Origin: Planctomycetota bacterium
GTDB taxonomy: Bacteria; Planctomycetota; B15-G4; SIAN01
Direction of reading: 5' to 3'
Assembly (NCBI GenBank): GCA_031409275.1
Contig: JANNXA010000002.1
Span: 1-33,344, forward strand
DNA length: 33,344 bases
The notes under the pieces: model-generated
What the model was told of the DNA's origin: nothing
The model's input: only the letters and a program-made list of their open reading frames with translations
Database searches by the model: none
Shown here: in pieces, positions 17,225 through 26,320 of the stretch
How the letters are laid out: every line of letters begins with the position of its first letter
Numbering within the stretch: the stretch's first letter is position 1
Made by a program: the position numbers and the translations under genes

Positions 17225-18469
17225 ATGCCCTGGGAACCCTTCCACCTCACGCGAGAGCAGATCTACGCAGCCGTCTGGTCCGAGCCGATGCGGGACGCGG
17301 CGAAGCAGTTCGGCATCTCGGACGTGGCGCTCGGGAAGATCTGCCGGAAGCTCGGAGTGCCGCGGCCGAAGCAGGGCTACTGGCTGCGGCGGCGCGCTGG
17401 GCAGACGCCGTCTCGAACCGAGCTGCCGCCGCTCGAGTCGGGGCAGCTCTCCGAGCATGTCGGCCAGCGATGGCGTGAGCAGGAGAATCCGGCAGCGTGT
17501 GACCCGGCTGGCGTGGTGGCCGACAGCGATCACACCGACCCCGTCCGCGATGTGATCGTCGAGGAGCCGATCGAGGTTCCGGCGACGCTTGACCATGCGC
17601 ACCCGCTCGTCCGCCAGACTGCCGCCGTTTATCGGCGACCGCCCTCGTACCGCCCTGCAGGAAACGACGACAAGGTGCGGTACCTCGACCTCAGCGTGTC
17701 CACCGCCGCCCTGGACCGCGCACTGCGGATCATGGACGGCCTGCTACGAGCCTTCGAATCCAAAGGCATGCCGGTGCACGTCGGCAGCGATGCCCCGCAG
17801 GGCGAAGCTCAGCCACCTCGTCCGGGTTGGCTGCCCAGGAACGCCACGCACGTCAAGGTGGACGGCGTCTGGATCGCATTTCAGATCTTCGAGTACCACA
17901 ACATCCGTCAGGTGCTGCCCGAGCCCTACAAGGGGATCACCGGAGCGCGGCTCAAGGAGTTCTTGGAAACGAGGCGACCACAGCGATCGAAAGTGCCGAA
18001 CGGATTGCTCGCCATCCGCGTCAGCCATCGCTGGGCCTACGGCTGGGAGCCGCTGTGCGAAGACGGGAAGCGAACTCGGATCGAGGATCGGCTGGGCCGG
18101 TTTCTTCCAGCGCTTCGGGCAGCCGCCGAGCGCGTCAAGAAAGCTGACGCTGAACACGAAGCGCGCGAGATGGCAGCACGCGAAGCTGAGAAGCGGGGCT
18201 GGGAAGAAGAAAAACGTCGCCGCAAGGACGAGGCGGATGTCGCGGCCCTGCGGACGATGCTCGCCGACTGGCGCGAGGTGCGAGACATCCGGGCGTACGT
18301 CGACGAGGCGCGGGCGATCGTCGCGGCCGGCGGGCTGGTGATCCGGGAGGAGTCGACTTTGGCCGAGTTCATCCGCTGGGCGACGGCACGGGCGGACCAG
18401 ATCGATCCGCTGCGGGCGCTTCGGGAGGAGGTTCGAGAGAGGGGGAGTGCCGCCAGCCGAACGTCGTGA
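17225..18469 (+). CDS. Hypothetical protein with N-terminal HTH-like domain and C-terminal charged coiled coil
   Basis: AGGAG upstream of ATG 17225. LTREQIYAAVWSEPM...AKQFGISDVALGKICRKLGVPRP..GYW pattern. EAEKR..EEEKRRR helix. Confidence 0.8.
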   Translation: MPWEPFHLTREQIYAAVWSEPMRDAAKQFGISDVALGKICRKLGVPRPKQGYWLRRRAGQTPSRTELPPLESGQLSEHVGQRWREQENPAACDPAGVVADSDHTDPVRDVIVEEPIEVPATLDHAHPLVRQTAAVYRRPPSYRPAGNDDKVRYLDLSVSTAALDRALRIMDGLLRAFESKGMPVHVGSDAPQGEAQPPRPGWLPRNATHVKVDGVWIAFQIFEYHNIRQVLPEPYKGITGARLKEFLETRRPQRSKVPNGLLAIRVSHRWAYGWEPLCEDGKRTRIEDRLGRFLPALRAAAERVKKADAEHEAREMAAREAEKRGWEEEKRRRKDEADVAALRTMLADWREVRDIRAYVDEARAIVAAGGLVIREESTLAEFIRWATARADQIDPLRALREEVRERGSAASRTS

Positions 18470-18477
18470 CGGTTACG

Positions 18478-18645
18478 CGCGGGGAGCACAATGTTCGCTC
18501 CGCCACGCGGCGAGCGTCGGGGCTCATGGGATCAACGCCATGCCTTTGGCGGCTGAAGCGGCTCGGGGGCCGAAGGGCTGATTCCGCCAAGAAATCGGAC
18601 ACAATGTGGTTGTTCGGGGGCGGCCGTTCGGTTGCGCCCTACGGG
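18478..18645 (-). mobile_element. Solo non-coding end of the same IS-derived family, copy 2
   Basis: 18581-18647 matches 24945-25011 at 61/67 nt by manual count. Weaker colinear similarity continues left to about 18478 versus 24841. Confidence 0.75.
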
Positions 18646-18762
18646 CGAGATCGAGCCGGCCGCCTTCGATCGGCCCGATCCGACAACCAGCATCGACGAT
18701 TTAGCGCATCACTTCCCGCCCCAGGCCCTCGGCAAGTAACCGCGAGGTGGTGCCGCTCCGTC

Positions 18763-19845
18763 TCAGTCGGGAATGTCCATGTCATCGTGCGACACGACGT
18801 TCGCAAACTCGATCGCGCCACCGTCGATGCCGGGGAGCACCCACCAGTGCAAGCGCCCAGCCGCTGGCGCACCGTTCTTGAGTGCGCACCGCCACGCCTG
18901 GGCGCCGTCACGCGCACGAACTCGCTGCGGCGCGGCGCCCTTGTCGCCGTCGCGCAGCCAGTGAACCTGCAGACCAGCGATGCTGGAGGCGCGTCCCGAT
19001 GCGACGTGGGCGCAGACTTCCGAGATGCGCGACACTCCGATGCTCTTGAGCTTGCCGACCGACTCGACGAAGCGCGGTCCGACCCGCAGTAGCTTCAGCG
19101 GAAACTGCTTCGAATCGGCGAGCGGGTAGAGGCGACCGTAGGCATCGAGAATCTCGGCAAGGAAACGTACCGGCGACGAGAGCGGATGGTCCTGCGCTTC
19201 GGCATCGCGCACTCCAGTCGTGCGGAGCTTCTTGCGCAGCGCCTGCGTAGTCTGTCGCGCGTCGCTGAGCTCCTCTTTCTGGCGCTCGACGGTCTTCTCG
19301 AGTTCATCGCAGTGGCGGGCCAAGTGCCGACTTTCCCTCGCGAGCTCGTCGATTCGAGCGCGAGCCGTTTCGATGGTTTCGGCGCTGAGTCGAGGTGCTG
19401 CTGCGGGGAGCGGTTCAGTTGCCTCGAGGCCAAGCAGCGAAACGACGCGATGCGCGACCTGTGCAACATCCTCGGGGAAGTGGATGAACAGGAGCGGGTG
19501 CTCGTATGGACTCGAGTCCCGCGCGAGGCCCGGCCACCAGATTCTCACGGCACCGCCGTAGACATCCAGGAGCGGCGGAAGTGCCGCCTTGAGCCGCCAC
19601 GTCGGATCGCCGGTCGGAATCACGACCACGCGACCGTTCGGGCCCACCGTGTTCGCGAGCCACTCCGCCGAGATCGGTGGTTCGCGGTCGCCCGAGAGGG
19701 TTGTCAAGGCAATCACCGGGTCGGGTCGATGCGGATCGAGGACATCGTCGCGAACGAACGCCTCGACTTCCTCTGCGATGAGGCGGCGCGGTTCGAAGCG
19801 CCCTGGGGCTCTTGCCAAGGAACCGGATTCGGAATCGAAGTTCAT
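18763..19845 (-). CDS. Hypothetical protein: N-terminal alpha/beta domain, coiled coil, RelE-like C-terminal domain
   Basis: GGAG precedes ATG 19845. Heptad-rich ARARIDELARES...LRKKLR. C-terminal VHWLR...AWRC...GRLHWW...IEFANVVSHDD. The toxin-fold call is inference. Confidence 0.7.
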   Translation of the reverse strand: MNFDSESGSLARAPGRFEPRRLIAEEVEAFVRDDVLDPHRPDPVIALTTLSGDREPPISAEWLANTVGPNGRVVVIPTGDPTWRLKAALPPLLDVYGGAVRIWWPGLARDSSPYEHPLLFIHFPEDVAQVAHRVVSLLGLEATEPLPAAAPRLSAETIETARARIDELARESRHLARHCDELEKTVERQKEELSDARQTTQALRKKLRTTGVRDAEAQDHPLSSPVRFLAEILDAYGRLYPLADSKQFPLKLLRVGPRFVESVGKLKSIGVSRISEVCAHVASGRASSIAGLQVHWLRDGDKGAAPQRVRARDGAQAWRCALKNGAPAAGRLHWWVLPGIDGGAIEFANVVSHDDMDIPD

Positions 19846-20023
19846 GACTACGTTCTCCATGTAATGCGGAATAGGCCTCGAAACAGCCATGAGCGGGTAC
19901 GGCGAGCTCAAAGTGATTAATCCTTGCTGTCCAACGGTCGGACGAGAGAACACGCTCCGAACTAGAAAATCCCGATGTCGTCGAGGTGGACGAACGCTGG
20001 AAGCCTGGGCACCTCCGGCTTGG

Positions 20024-20371
20024 CTACGACTTCGATGCGTCAGCAGCAGCCGGAGCACTTCCAAGCCCGAACAGATCTGTGCAGGCAACCAAGATCCGAA
20101 GGAATGCTCCGCACGCGGATGCGAGCGACGCTCTGACGGAGGCCGAGGTGACGGCCTCCCGGTCCGCTGCGATTGCTTGAACGACGGCGCTCAGCTCATC
20201 GAAGGAGATGATGACCCGGTAGCAGTGATTCGCGAGACCGCTGAAGTCGGGCACAGAGCCAGACTCGAAGACGATCGCCTTTGCCGCAAGATCAACACGA
20301 ATCCTCGGCGCCCTCAAGTCCCTCGGATTCCATCCGCAATCAGCAACAGCACCTCGTCGTGTAACGATCAT
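20024..20371 (-). CDS. Hypothetical protein
   Basis: AGGAG 6 nt upstream of ATG. Globular-looking sequence. Co-oriented with 18763-19845. Confidence 0.6.
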   Translation of the reverse strand: MIVTRRGAVADCGWNPRDLRAPRIRVDLAAKAIVFESGSVPDFSGLANHCYRVIISFDELSAVVQAIAADREAVTSASVRASLASACGAFLRILVACTDLFGLGSAPAAADASKS

Positions 20372-20944
20372 CGTCGGCTCCTGAGCATCGATTGAATTAC
20401 GTGGACTGGCTTTCGGATCTAAAAGCCGTTTATTTTGATGAATGAATTGGAATTAGAATTCGCGTGTTTGAATACTTTGGATTAGTCAATTCAAAGAAAG
20501 TGAAACAACACGTCTAAGGCGATTGAGAATGAAGGTAATCGGTCGCGTTACTGAATTAGAATTAGATGTCGGGGCGGGGATCAACTCGGCCGCACGCCGA
20601 CGACGAACGAGCATCCTACATGGCGCCACCGCCGCGTCAAGGTCCGTCATGATCGGCAGCGCGTTACCGCGCGCACCGTGGGGCACGATCGTCCGGCGCT
20701 GCTACCGCTTCGCTTCGGACGCCTCAGTCGGGTTGAGGCAGACGGAGGTTTCACGCAGGTGATCGCGTTTGTCGGCTCGCTCGTCGTGGCGTGAGCGTGG
20801 CGGTCGCATCTGCTCGCTGAGATCGAACGTCGAAGTGGATCAGGCCATCGAAAGAGGGTGCGATGCACCGACGACGCGGACGTGGGCAACGTCGCCACCA
20901 AGCGATGGGAGCGGGCCCATCGAGTCGGGCGGTAGGATCTTCTC

Positions 20945-21715
20945 GTGGCCCAAAGCCTCTTCAACTTTCGCTTCCGCCTGCTGCCGTGGGAGGCATGCCT
21001 GCATTTCAACGTCGCCGGCGTGGAGCTGAGCGACCGCGTTGGAGTGGTCTGCACGCGAAATGAGCTGGGCCTCCTGATGGTCGGTGATCCTGCACAGAAC
21101 GACGCCATGCGAGCGCAGGCTCATCAACTCGCTCGGGGCCTCGTTCATGGCCATGCGTTCTGTTCGTACCCGACGGGTGCGTTCGTTGACGTCGAGCCGA
21201 TCGCCTGGCTTGAGGTGCCTGACTGGACGCCGTCCGAGAAGCCAACCGTGACGGGGTACATGCACGCCTCGCTCGCCAGCGTCCCGCTCACGCCCGAGCA
21301 CAAGGACAACGTCCCGTTGCGAGATGCTGCCACGATCATCCGGGACGCAGGTTCAAATCCTTCCGTGTACTTGGCGCTGGCCGACTTTCACGCGGCGCAC
21401 CGCGAAGCCGGACTCTACGGCGCCTTCTACGCCTTCCGCGTTCTCGAGGACGTGGGCTACATGTTCGGGGTTGCGAAGAATGACAAGCCCGATTGGGACG
21501 CGATGAACCGGGCGTTCGGCACGAAGGAAGCGGACTGGAAGCGGCTGACGGACGCCGGGACGAGGGCGCGGCACATGCAGCCTGGTGCACTTGCGACGTT
21601 GACGGCGATCGAGCGTGCTGAACTGTTGAACCTCGCCCACGATGCGCTTGCCCATGCGATTCGTTATGTGCGAGGACCGAAACCAAAGTGGGTCAGTTTG
21701 TCGTCTTCGTCCTGA
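20945..21715 (+). CDS. Hypothetical protein with HEPN-like helical C-terminal domain
   Basis: GTG start after AGGA. Beta-rich N-terminus, then ALADF...FYAFRVLED...W..M...L...ARH helical region. Confidence 0.7.
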   Translation: MAQSLFNFRFRLLPWEACLHFNVAGVELSDRVGVVCTRNELGLLMVGDPAQNDAMRAQAHQLARGLVHGHAFCSYPTGAFVDVEPIAWLEVPDWTPSEKPTVTGYMHASLASVPLTPEHKDNVPLRDAATIIRDAGSNPSVYLALADFHAAHREAGLYGAFYAFRVLEDVGYMFGVAKNDKPDWDAMNRAFGTKEADWKRLTDAGTRARHMQPGALATLTAIERAELLNLAHDALAHAIRYVRGPKPKWVSLSSSS

Positions 21716-21932
21716 AATACCCGAGCCCCTTCCCGCACGCCGCCGCCCAGTCCTCAAGCTCGACGAAGTCGACGCGGCGTTCACCCAGCTCGCATTTTGA
21801 GACCCAGGTCTGCGGCCGATCGACCTTGGCGGCGACCTCGACCTGCGTGAGCCCGGCATCGAGCCGCGCCTGCCGAAGGCGTTCGCGAAACGCTTGGTAT
21901 CGCCGGGTCTGAAGCGCCTTGGAGGAGCCCAT
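21693..21932 (-). CDS. XRE-family HTH transcriptional regulator
   Basis: LRQARLDAGLTQVEVAAKVDRPQTWVSKCELGERRVDFVEL. Confidence 0.9.
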   Translation of the reverse strand: MGSSKALQTRRYQAFRERLRQARLDAGLTQVEVAAKVDRPQTWVSKCELGERRVDFVELEDWAAACGKGLGYFRTKTTN

Positions 21933-21985
21933 TGCCGTGGGAGCTTGCTCCCTGCAATGGAGTAGACCGCAGCGGGGTACACTCC
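21929..21985. promoter_or_regulatory. Start-codon/RBS-occluding hairpin (21929-21960) and adjacent operator-like imperfect palindrome (21959-21985)
   Basis: CCATTGC-cgt-GGGAGC-tt-GCTCCC-t-GCAATGG and GGAGTAGACC-N7-GGTACACTCC (8/10 dyad), lying between divergent genes. Confidence 0.45.
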
Positions 21986-22133
21986 GGGCGCTTGCCTGGG
22001 GCAGAGCCAGGTGCGCCGTGCTCTCGCGACCGCCGATCGCTGGAGTGCTGGTTCACCGGAGGGGTTCTCGATGCGGGGTCTGGTCGCCTTGTCGCGGCGG
22101 CAGTGATGCGGCGACCCGCGAGAGGAGTACTTC

Positions 22134-22949
22134 ATGAACAAGGACGTGCTCAAGCGGCTCCGGAAGTTCGTCCCGCATGTTCTCAAGGCCCAGGACGACA
22201 ACCTGAACGAAGCCGACACGCTCGTTCGGATCATGAAGTTGTTCGAGGTCGTCCTCGGCTACGACTCGCTCTCCGAGATCAGTCGCGAAGCGCAGGTCAA
22301 AGACCGGTTCGTCGACCTGGCAATCAAGAGCGACGGCGTCGTCAGGTTCTTGGTCGAGGCCAAGGCGGCGGGAGCGACGCTGCGTGATCGCCACATCGAA
22401 CAGGCTCAGCGGTACGCCTCGGAGGGCAACCTCCGCTGGGTCGTCTTGACGAACGGCGTGAACTGGACGCTCTACCACCTCACGTTCGAGCAGGGCATCG
22501 AGTACACGAAGGCGTTCAGCATCGACCTGCGAAACGACCCGATCGAGCAGTGCGCCGAGAAGCTGGCGTTGCTGGAGCGCAAACACGTTCACGGCGGCGG
22601 ACTCGAAGAGTTCTGGACGCACCAAGTCGCGCTGAGCCCGTCCTCGATCGCGCGTGCGCTGTTCACCGGCGACGTGCTCGGCGTGATCCGAAGGGAGATC
22701 CGCCGCCACGAGGAGATCCTGATCGACCCCGAGGACCTGGCCGTCGCGATCCACGAGATGTTCTCGACCGAGGCCCGTGAGCAAATCGGACCGCTCAAGA
22801 TCCGGCGGAAGCCGAAGCCGCGATCGCGCGACGCGAAGGGCAGCTCGCTTGACCAACCGGCCGCGAGTTCGTCGGTCGAGTGCGAGCCGTCGACGGAGAC
22901 CCCGGGCGCCAGCGCGTCCGAGCCAGAGGCGATGACCGACGGGCCGTGA
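22134..22949 (+). CDS. Stand-alone HsdR N-terminal-like PD-(D/E)XK nuclease domain protein
   Basis: GAGGAG RBS. NEADT...VDLAI...LVEAK...QAQRYA...VVLTNG..W. No helicase domain; disordered C-terminal tail. Confidence 0.85.
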   Translation: MNKDVLKRLRKFVPHVLKAQDDNLNEADTLVRIMKLFEVVLGYDSLSEISREAQVKDRFVDLAIKSDGVVRFLVEAKAAGATLRDRHIEQAQRYASEGNLRWVVLTNGVNWTLYHLTFEQGIEYTKAFSIDLRNDPIEQCAEKLALLERKHVHGGGLEEFWTHQVALSPSSIARALFTGDVLGVIRREIRRHEEILIDPEDLAVAIHEMFSTEAREQIGPLKIRRKPKPRSRDAKGSSLDQPAASSSVECEPSTETPGASASEPEAMTDGP

Positions 22950-23189
22950 CGTTGGCGAACCGGCGGACGAACTGGAAGCTCGATGACGGGACGACGTTCG
23001 CCGACTGGGAGGCGCGGCGGCTTGGACCGGGCGGCGGTGGTTCGGGCTCGGCGTGACGGATCGGGGCACGGGTAACCGATCGCCCTGGCGCGGCAGTTCG
23101 ACGAGACCGTGCGCGACGAAGCGTTCTTCGCGTCGTTCGCGAAGGTCGTCGGTTCGGTGGAGCCGCCGGGACGAGTGCCGAAGTCCTGA

Positions 23190-23354
23190 CACCGGCCGTC
23201 CGGCGGAATCGAGCGCGGCGTACGCAGCCCGACCGTGAACCCGCTCACCAAGGTCGCGGCGGCTCTCCAGACCAAGCCGACGTACCTCCTCACGGGGCGA
23301 TGGGCGTCGTGGTCCAGTTCTTCGTCCGACGGGCGCTTCTCGGACTTTCTCTGA
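23190..23354 (+). pseudogene. C-terminal remnant of a second XRE HTH gene
   Basis: The frame reads SGGIERGVRSPTVNPLTKVAAALQTKPTYLL, typical of the C-terminal half of XRE proteins. There is an in-frame TGA at 23187-23189 and no start codon. Confidence 0.55.
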
Positions 23355-23466
23355 ATCAACGCCTCGATGTTCGTTCTGTCGTTGGCGAAAGCGGTCACGA
23401 TTCGGCACCCTGGGCATTTGTGGCTGAAGGTTCGCACTCAGACATTCTCGGTTCGCGGGGGCATTG

Positions 23467-24435
23467 ATGAACACGGAACGACTCGCTCGCGGCTTTGCAT
23501 GGTCCACGGGCTGCGCGGTTTTGGTGTGGGCCGCATCGCGGCCACTCGGTGCTCAAGTGACGGCACCACGACACACATGTCTCACGGCGGAGCAGCGAGA
23601 GATCTTAAGCCACCTGAGTATCGAGTACGTGCCCGACGGGCTGGGCGGGCAGCTCAAGACGATTCGCGTGACGGGCGTGAACGTGCAGATCGTCAACGGT
23701 CTAGGGAATACGGACTCGACGAATGGACTTGGGAACCTGATCGTTGGCTACAACGAACTGGGTAACCCGGCCGGTGACGTCAGGGTTGGGTCGCACAACG
23801 TCTGCATTGGAGTTCGTGATACTTATTCAAGCTACGGCGGCATCGTGGTCGGCCAAGATAATGCCGTCACTGGAGCCTACTCATCGGTCACGGGCGGGCG
23901 CAACAATCTCGCGAGTGGAGTCTCCTCGCACATTAGCGGGGGCGGTGGCGACTATCCAATCGGGCACGTCTACCAAGAAGGAAACCTCGCCAGCGGTCCA
24001 TTCTCAAGCGTAAGCGGAGGTGTCGTAAACGTCGCGAGTGGAAGGTGGGATGCTGTTAGCGGCGGAAATCACAACTTGGCTTCTGGCGGAGGCTCGTCGG
24101 TAAGTGGGGGTCAGAACAACATCGCGAGCGGTCCAAGTTCGTGGGCCGCTGGCGGCTTGGACAACGACTCCGGTGGTTACTGGACGTCGGCAATCGGTGG
24201 CTACAACAACTGGGCGGCTGACGGGCTCTGCCTTGGTGGGTCGAACAATCAGGCGTTCATCGGAGGATCGTGCGTGGGCGGCGATGGCAACATCGCGAAC
24301 GGATTGCTCTCTACGGTGACTGGTGGATCTGGAAACACCGCAAGTGGAACGCTCAGTTCGGTCAGTGGAGGACTAGGTCGAACTGCAACCAGCGACAATG
24401 ACTGGGTGGCCGGGTCTCTGTCTGAGGATCAGTGA
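23467..24435 (+). CDS. Exported Gly-rich repeat (beta-solenoid, adhesin/fibre-head-like) protein
   Basis: Possible signal peptide ending PLGA-Q. About 14-aa repeats GGxxNxAxGxxSxV. C-terminal DWVAGSLSEDQ. Confidence 0.85.
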   Translation: MNTERLARGFAWSTGCAVLVWAASRPLGAQVTAPRHTCLTAEQREILSHLSIEYVPDGLGGQLKTIRVTGVNVQIVNGLGNTDSTNGLGNLIVGYNELGNPAGDVRVGSHNVCIGVRDTYSSYGGIVVGQDNAVTGAYSSVTGGRNNLASGVSSHISGGGGDYPIGHVYQEGNLASGPFSSVSGGVVNVASGRWDAVSGGNHNLASGGGSSVSGGQNNIASGPSSWAAGGLDNDSGGYWTSAIGGYNNWAADGLCLGGSNNQAFIGGSCVGGDGNIANGLLSTVTGGSGNTASGTLSSVSGGLGRTATSDNDWVAGSLSEDQ

Positions 24436-24503
24436 CGAAAGATCGCGCTGACACTCGCGGCCGGAAGACATCCAGTCCCGCAAACTGGTCGGAGTTGTTA
24501 GAG

Positions 24504-25009
24504 ACCGAAGAGTGCAACCGAACGAGCGTGGCGGAATCGGGCGCTCGAACGCCCTTCAGTCGTCCGGTTGGCTGATTCCCGCGCGTGAAATCGGCCGACG
24601 CTCGCACGACGAGGTACTCGCTGCGAGCGAATCGCGACGAGGGCGAGGGATCCGATTGCGTCGCGAGAGTTACGCCGCGAGGCGGTGGTAGAACGACACA
24701 AGCCCTCCGAACTTTGCTGGCCGAGTTGCGCTTTGAGGATGCGGTTCTCCTCGCGGAGGTAGTCGAGAACGCGCTGCTGGTGGCGGTTGAGCCAGCCGGC
24801 GAGGACGACGGCCAGAACGTGAAGGTTGGGGGGCATGGGGCGCGGGAGCGTATCGGGATGGTGTGGCGATGGGGCGAGCGTTGGTGGCTCAGCCAATCAG
24901 CGCGATCCTCGTGACGGCCGACACAGACCGCGACCGATCGACTCATTCCGCCACGCAATCGGACACGATGCGGTTGTTCGGGGGCGGCCGTTCGGTTGCA
25001 CCCTATGGG
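24504..25009 (-). mobile_element. Internally deleted IS (rve integrase-core-type transposase remnant) with terminal inverted repeats, copy 3
   Basis: GTGCAACCGAACG at 24512-24524 and its exact inverse at 24989-25001. N-terminus MPPNLHVLAVVLAGWLNRHQQRVLDYLREENRILKAQLG (ATG 24836) joined out of frame to C-terminus FGGLVSFYHRLAA* (stop 24670). Confidence 0.8.
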
Positions 25010-25165
25010 CGGGGCGTGTCGGCGCGGTTACCGTTGCCGTGTCGAGAGGTCGAACAGAAAGTTCACAATGTCGCGGTGCGGAGCACGGAATGCCGCTTAA
25101 GACGTCGTCTGCGGTAAGATGCCGATGGCGGAGCGCCATTCGAAAGTTCCAGCCTAGGATTGAAC

Positions 25166-26092
25166 ATGAATAACGAAGCGCAAGGCGATAGTCCGAAGAT
25201 CGTTGCGTTGGCGGAAGAGGTGCAATGCATCCGCAAGGAACTCGCGGACATTCAGATGAAGTCTGATAAGGAGCGGTTGATCCGCTCAATCAACAGGCAG
25301 TGGATGAAGGCTGCTGGCGCCGTTCTCCTTGGTATACTAGGAGTCGGTGGGTATGCGGTTATCCCGCGGATGATCGGGGCCGAACTTAAGAAGCAGATCC
25401 CCGAAGGCGTGACGGCCAAGCTTGACGCGCTCGTCCGTTCCTCGGAGGAAAAGAAAGTCGCAATCGACGGGATTGTCGCGGGTGCGACTGAGTTGCTTGA
25501 TCCGGCGTCCGGACTCGCGTTGATGATTCCTCCGGTCGGCAGCATCGTTGCTTGGCCGAGCACGTTGGAGTTGGGCCAGGGATGGCGCGAATGCAATAAC
25601 GATCTCATCGACTACTCGAAAGACGCGGCCGGACGATTCGACGCGATCGTCAAGATTCTCGGCAACCATTATGGTAACAGCGCGGAGAGTCGAGAGCGCC
25701 GTCAGTTGTTCCTACCGGATCTAAGGGGGTGTTTTCTCAGGGGCAGCGGTGCTGGAGCGGGCGAAATTGGAGTCCGACAGGAGTGCGCAACGAAATTGCC
25801 GACCGACCCGGACGCGCCTTTCGTGACGGACGTTGAACCAGTCGCAAGTCTGACGAGCAACATAAACTTGGTGACGAAGACCGGCACGGCTGATCGCCTC
25901 CTTGTGTTCGATCGCGACTACACAGTCAAGAGCGACGGCCACGATAAAATCGTTGGAGCTGGACAAGAACCGAATCTTGCGTTTTCAGCGCCAATACGTG
26001 ATGTGCCAGCTCATAGTCACAAAATCGACGGGGGAGACTCTGAAACCCGACCGGTGAACTACGCCGTTAGGTGGATAATCCGAGTCTGGTAG
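25166..26092 (+). CDS. Membrane-anchored protein with phage tail-collar-like domain
   Basis: Coiled coil, then transmembrane segment AAGAVLLGILGVGGYAVI, then PVGSIVAW...GWRECN...LPDLRGCFLRG...HSH...ETRPVNYAVRWIIRV. Confidence 0.85.
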   Translation: MNNEAQGDSPKIVALAEEVQCIRKELADIQMKSDKERLIRSINRQWMKAAGAVLLGILGVGGYAVIPRMIGAELKKQIPEGVTAKLDALVRSSEEKKVAIDGIVAGATELLDPASGLALMIPPVGSIVAWPSTLELGQGWRECNNDLIDYSKDAAGRFDAIVKILGNHYGNSAESRERRQLFLPDLRGCFLRGSGAGAGEIGVRQECATKLPTDPDAPFVTDVEPVASLTSNINLVTKTGTADRLLVFDRDYTVKSDGHDKIVGAGQEPNLAFSAPIRDVPAHSHKIDGGDSETRPVNYAVRWIIRVW

Positions 26093-26320
26093 TGACGGCG
26101 CCATGTGACCGACGTTTTGCGGTGCTCATCACCACGACGTTCTGTGCTTTTTGTCGAGATCTCGACACTCCGGGCGAAGAGAAGCCCGCTGGCATGTTCG
26201 GCGGTTGGACGACTTGGTCACGGTTTGGCACTCGCACCGAGTGCATGTGCTCCTTGGCAACCACGGACACCCGGCTCGTGCTGGCGCGCGTTTCGGTCGG
26301 TGCCGCGTCGTCTCCTCAAG

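Noticed and set aside
18590..18621. dif/Xer-like site (ATCGGACACAATGTGGTTGTTCGG)
   Set aside because: The right half lacks the TTATGTTAAA-type arm; better explained as part of the IS-derived end.
2444..18645. A single 16-kb transposon carrying the R-M operon between the IRs at 2444 and 18645
   Set aside because: The 2444 copy has its own partner end at 2829, the outer IR is degenerate and no target duplication is visible. A composite origin is not excluded but is unsupported.
23467..26092. Prophage tail region
   Set aside because: No capsid, terminase, baseplate or tape-measure genes in the window, and both proteins carry export or membrane signals.
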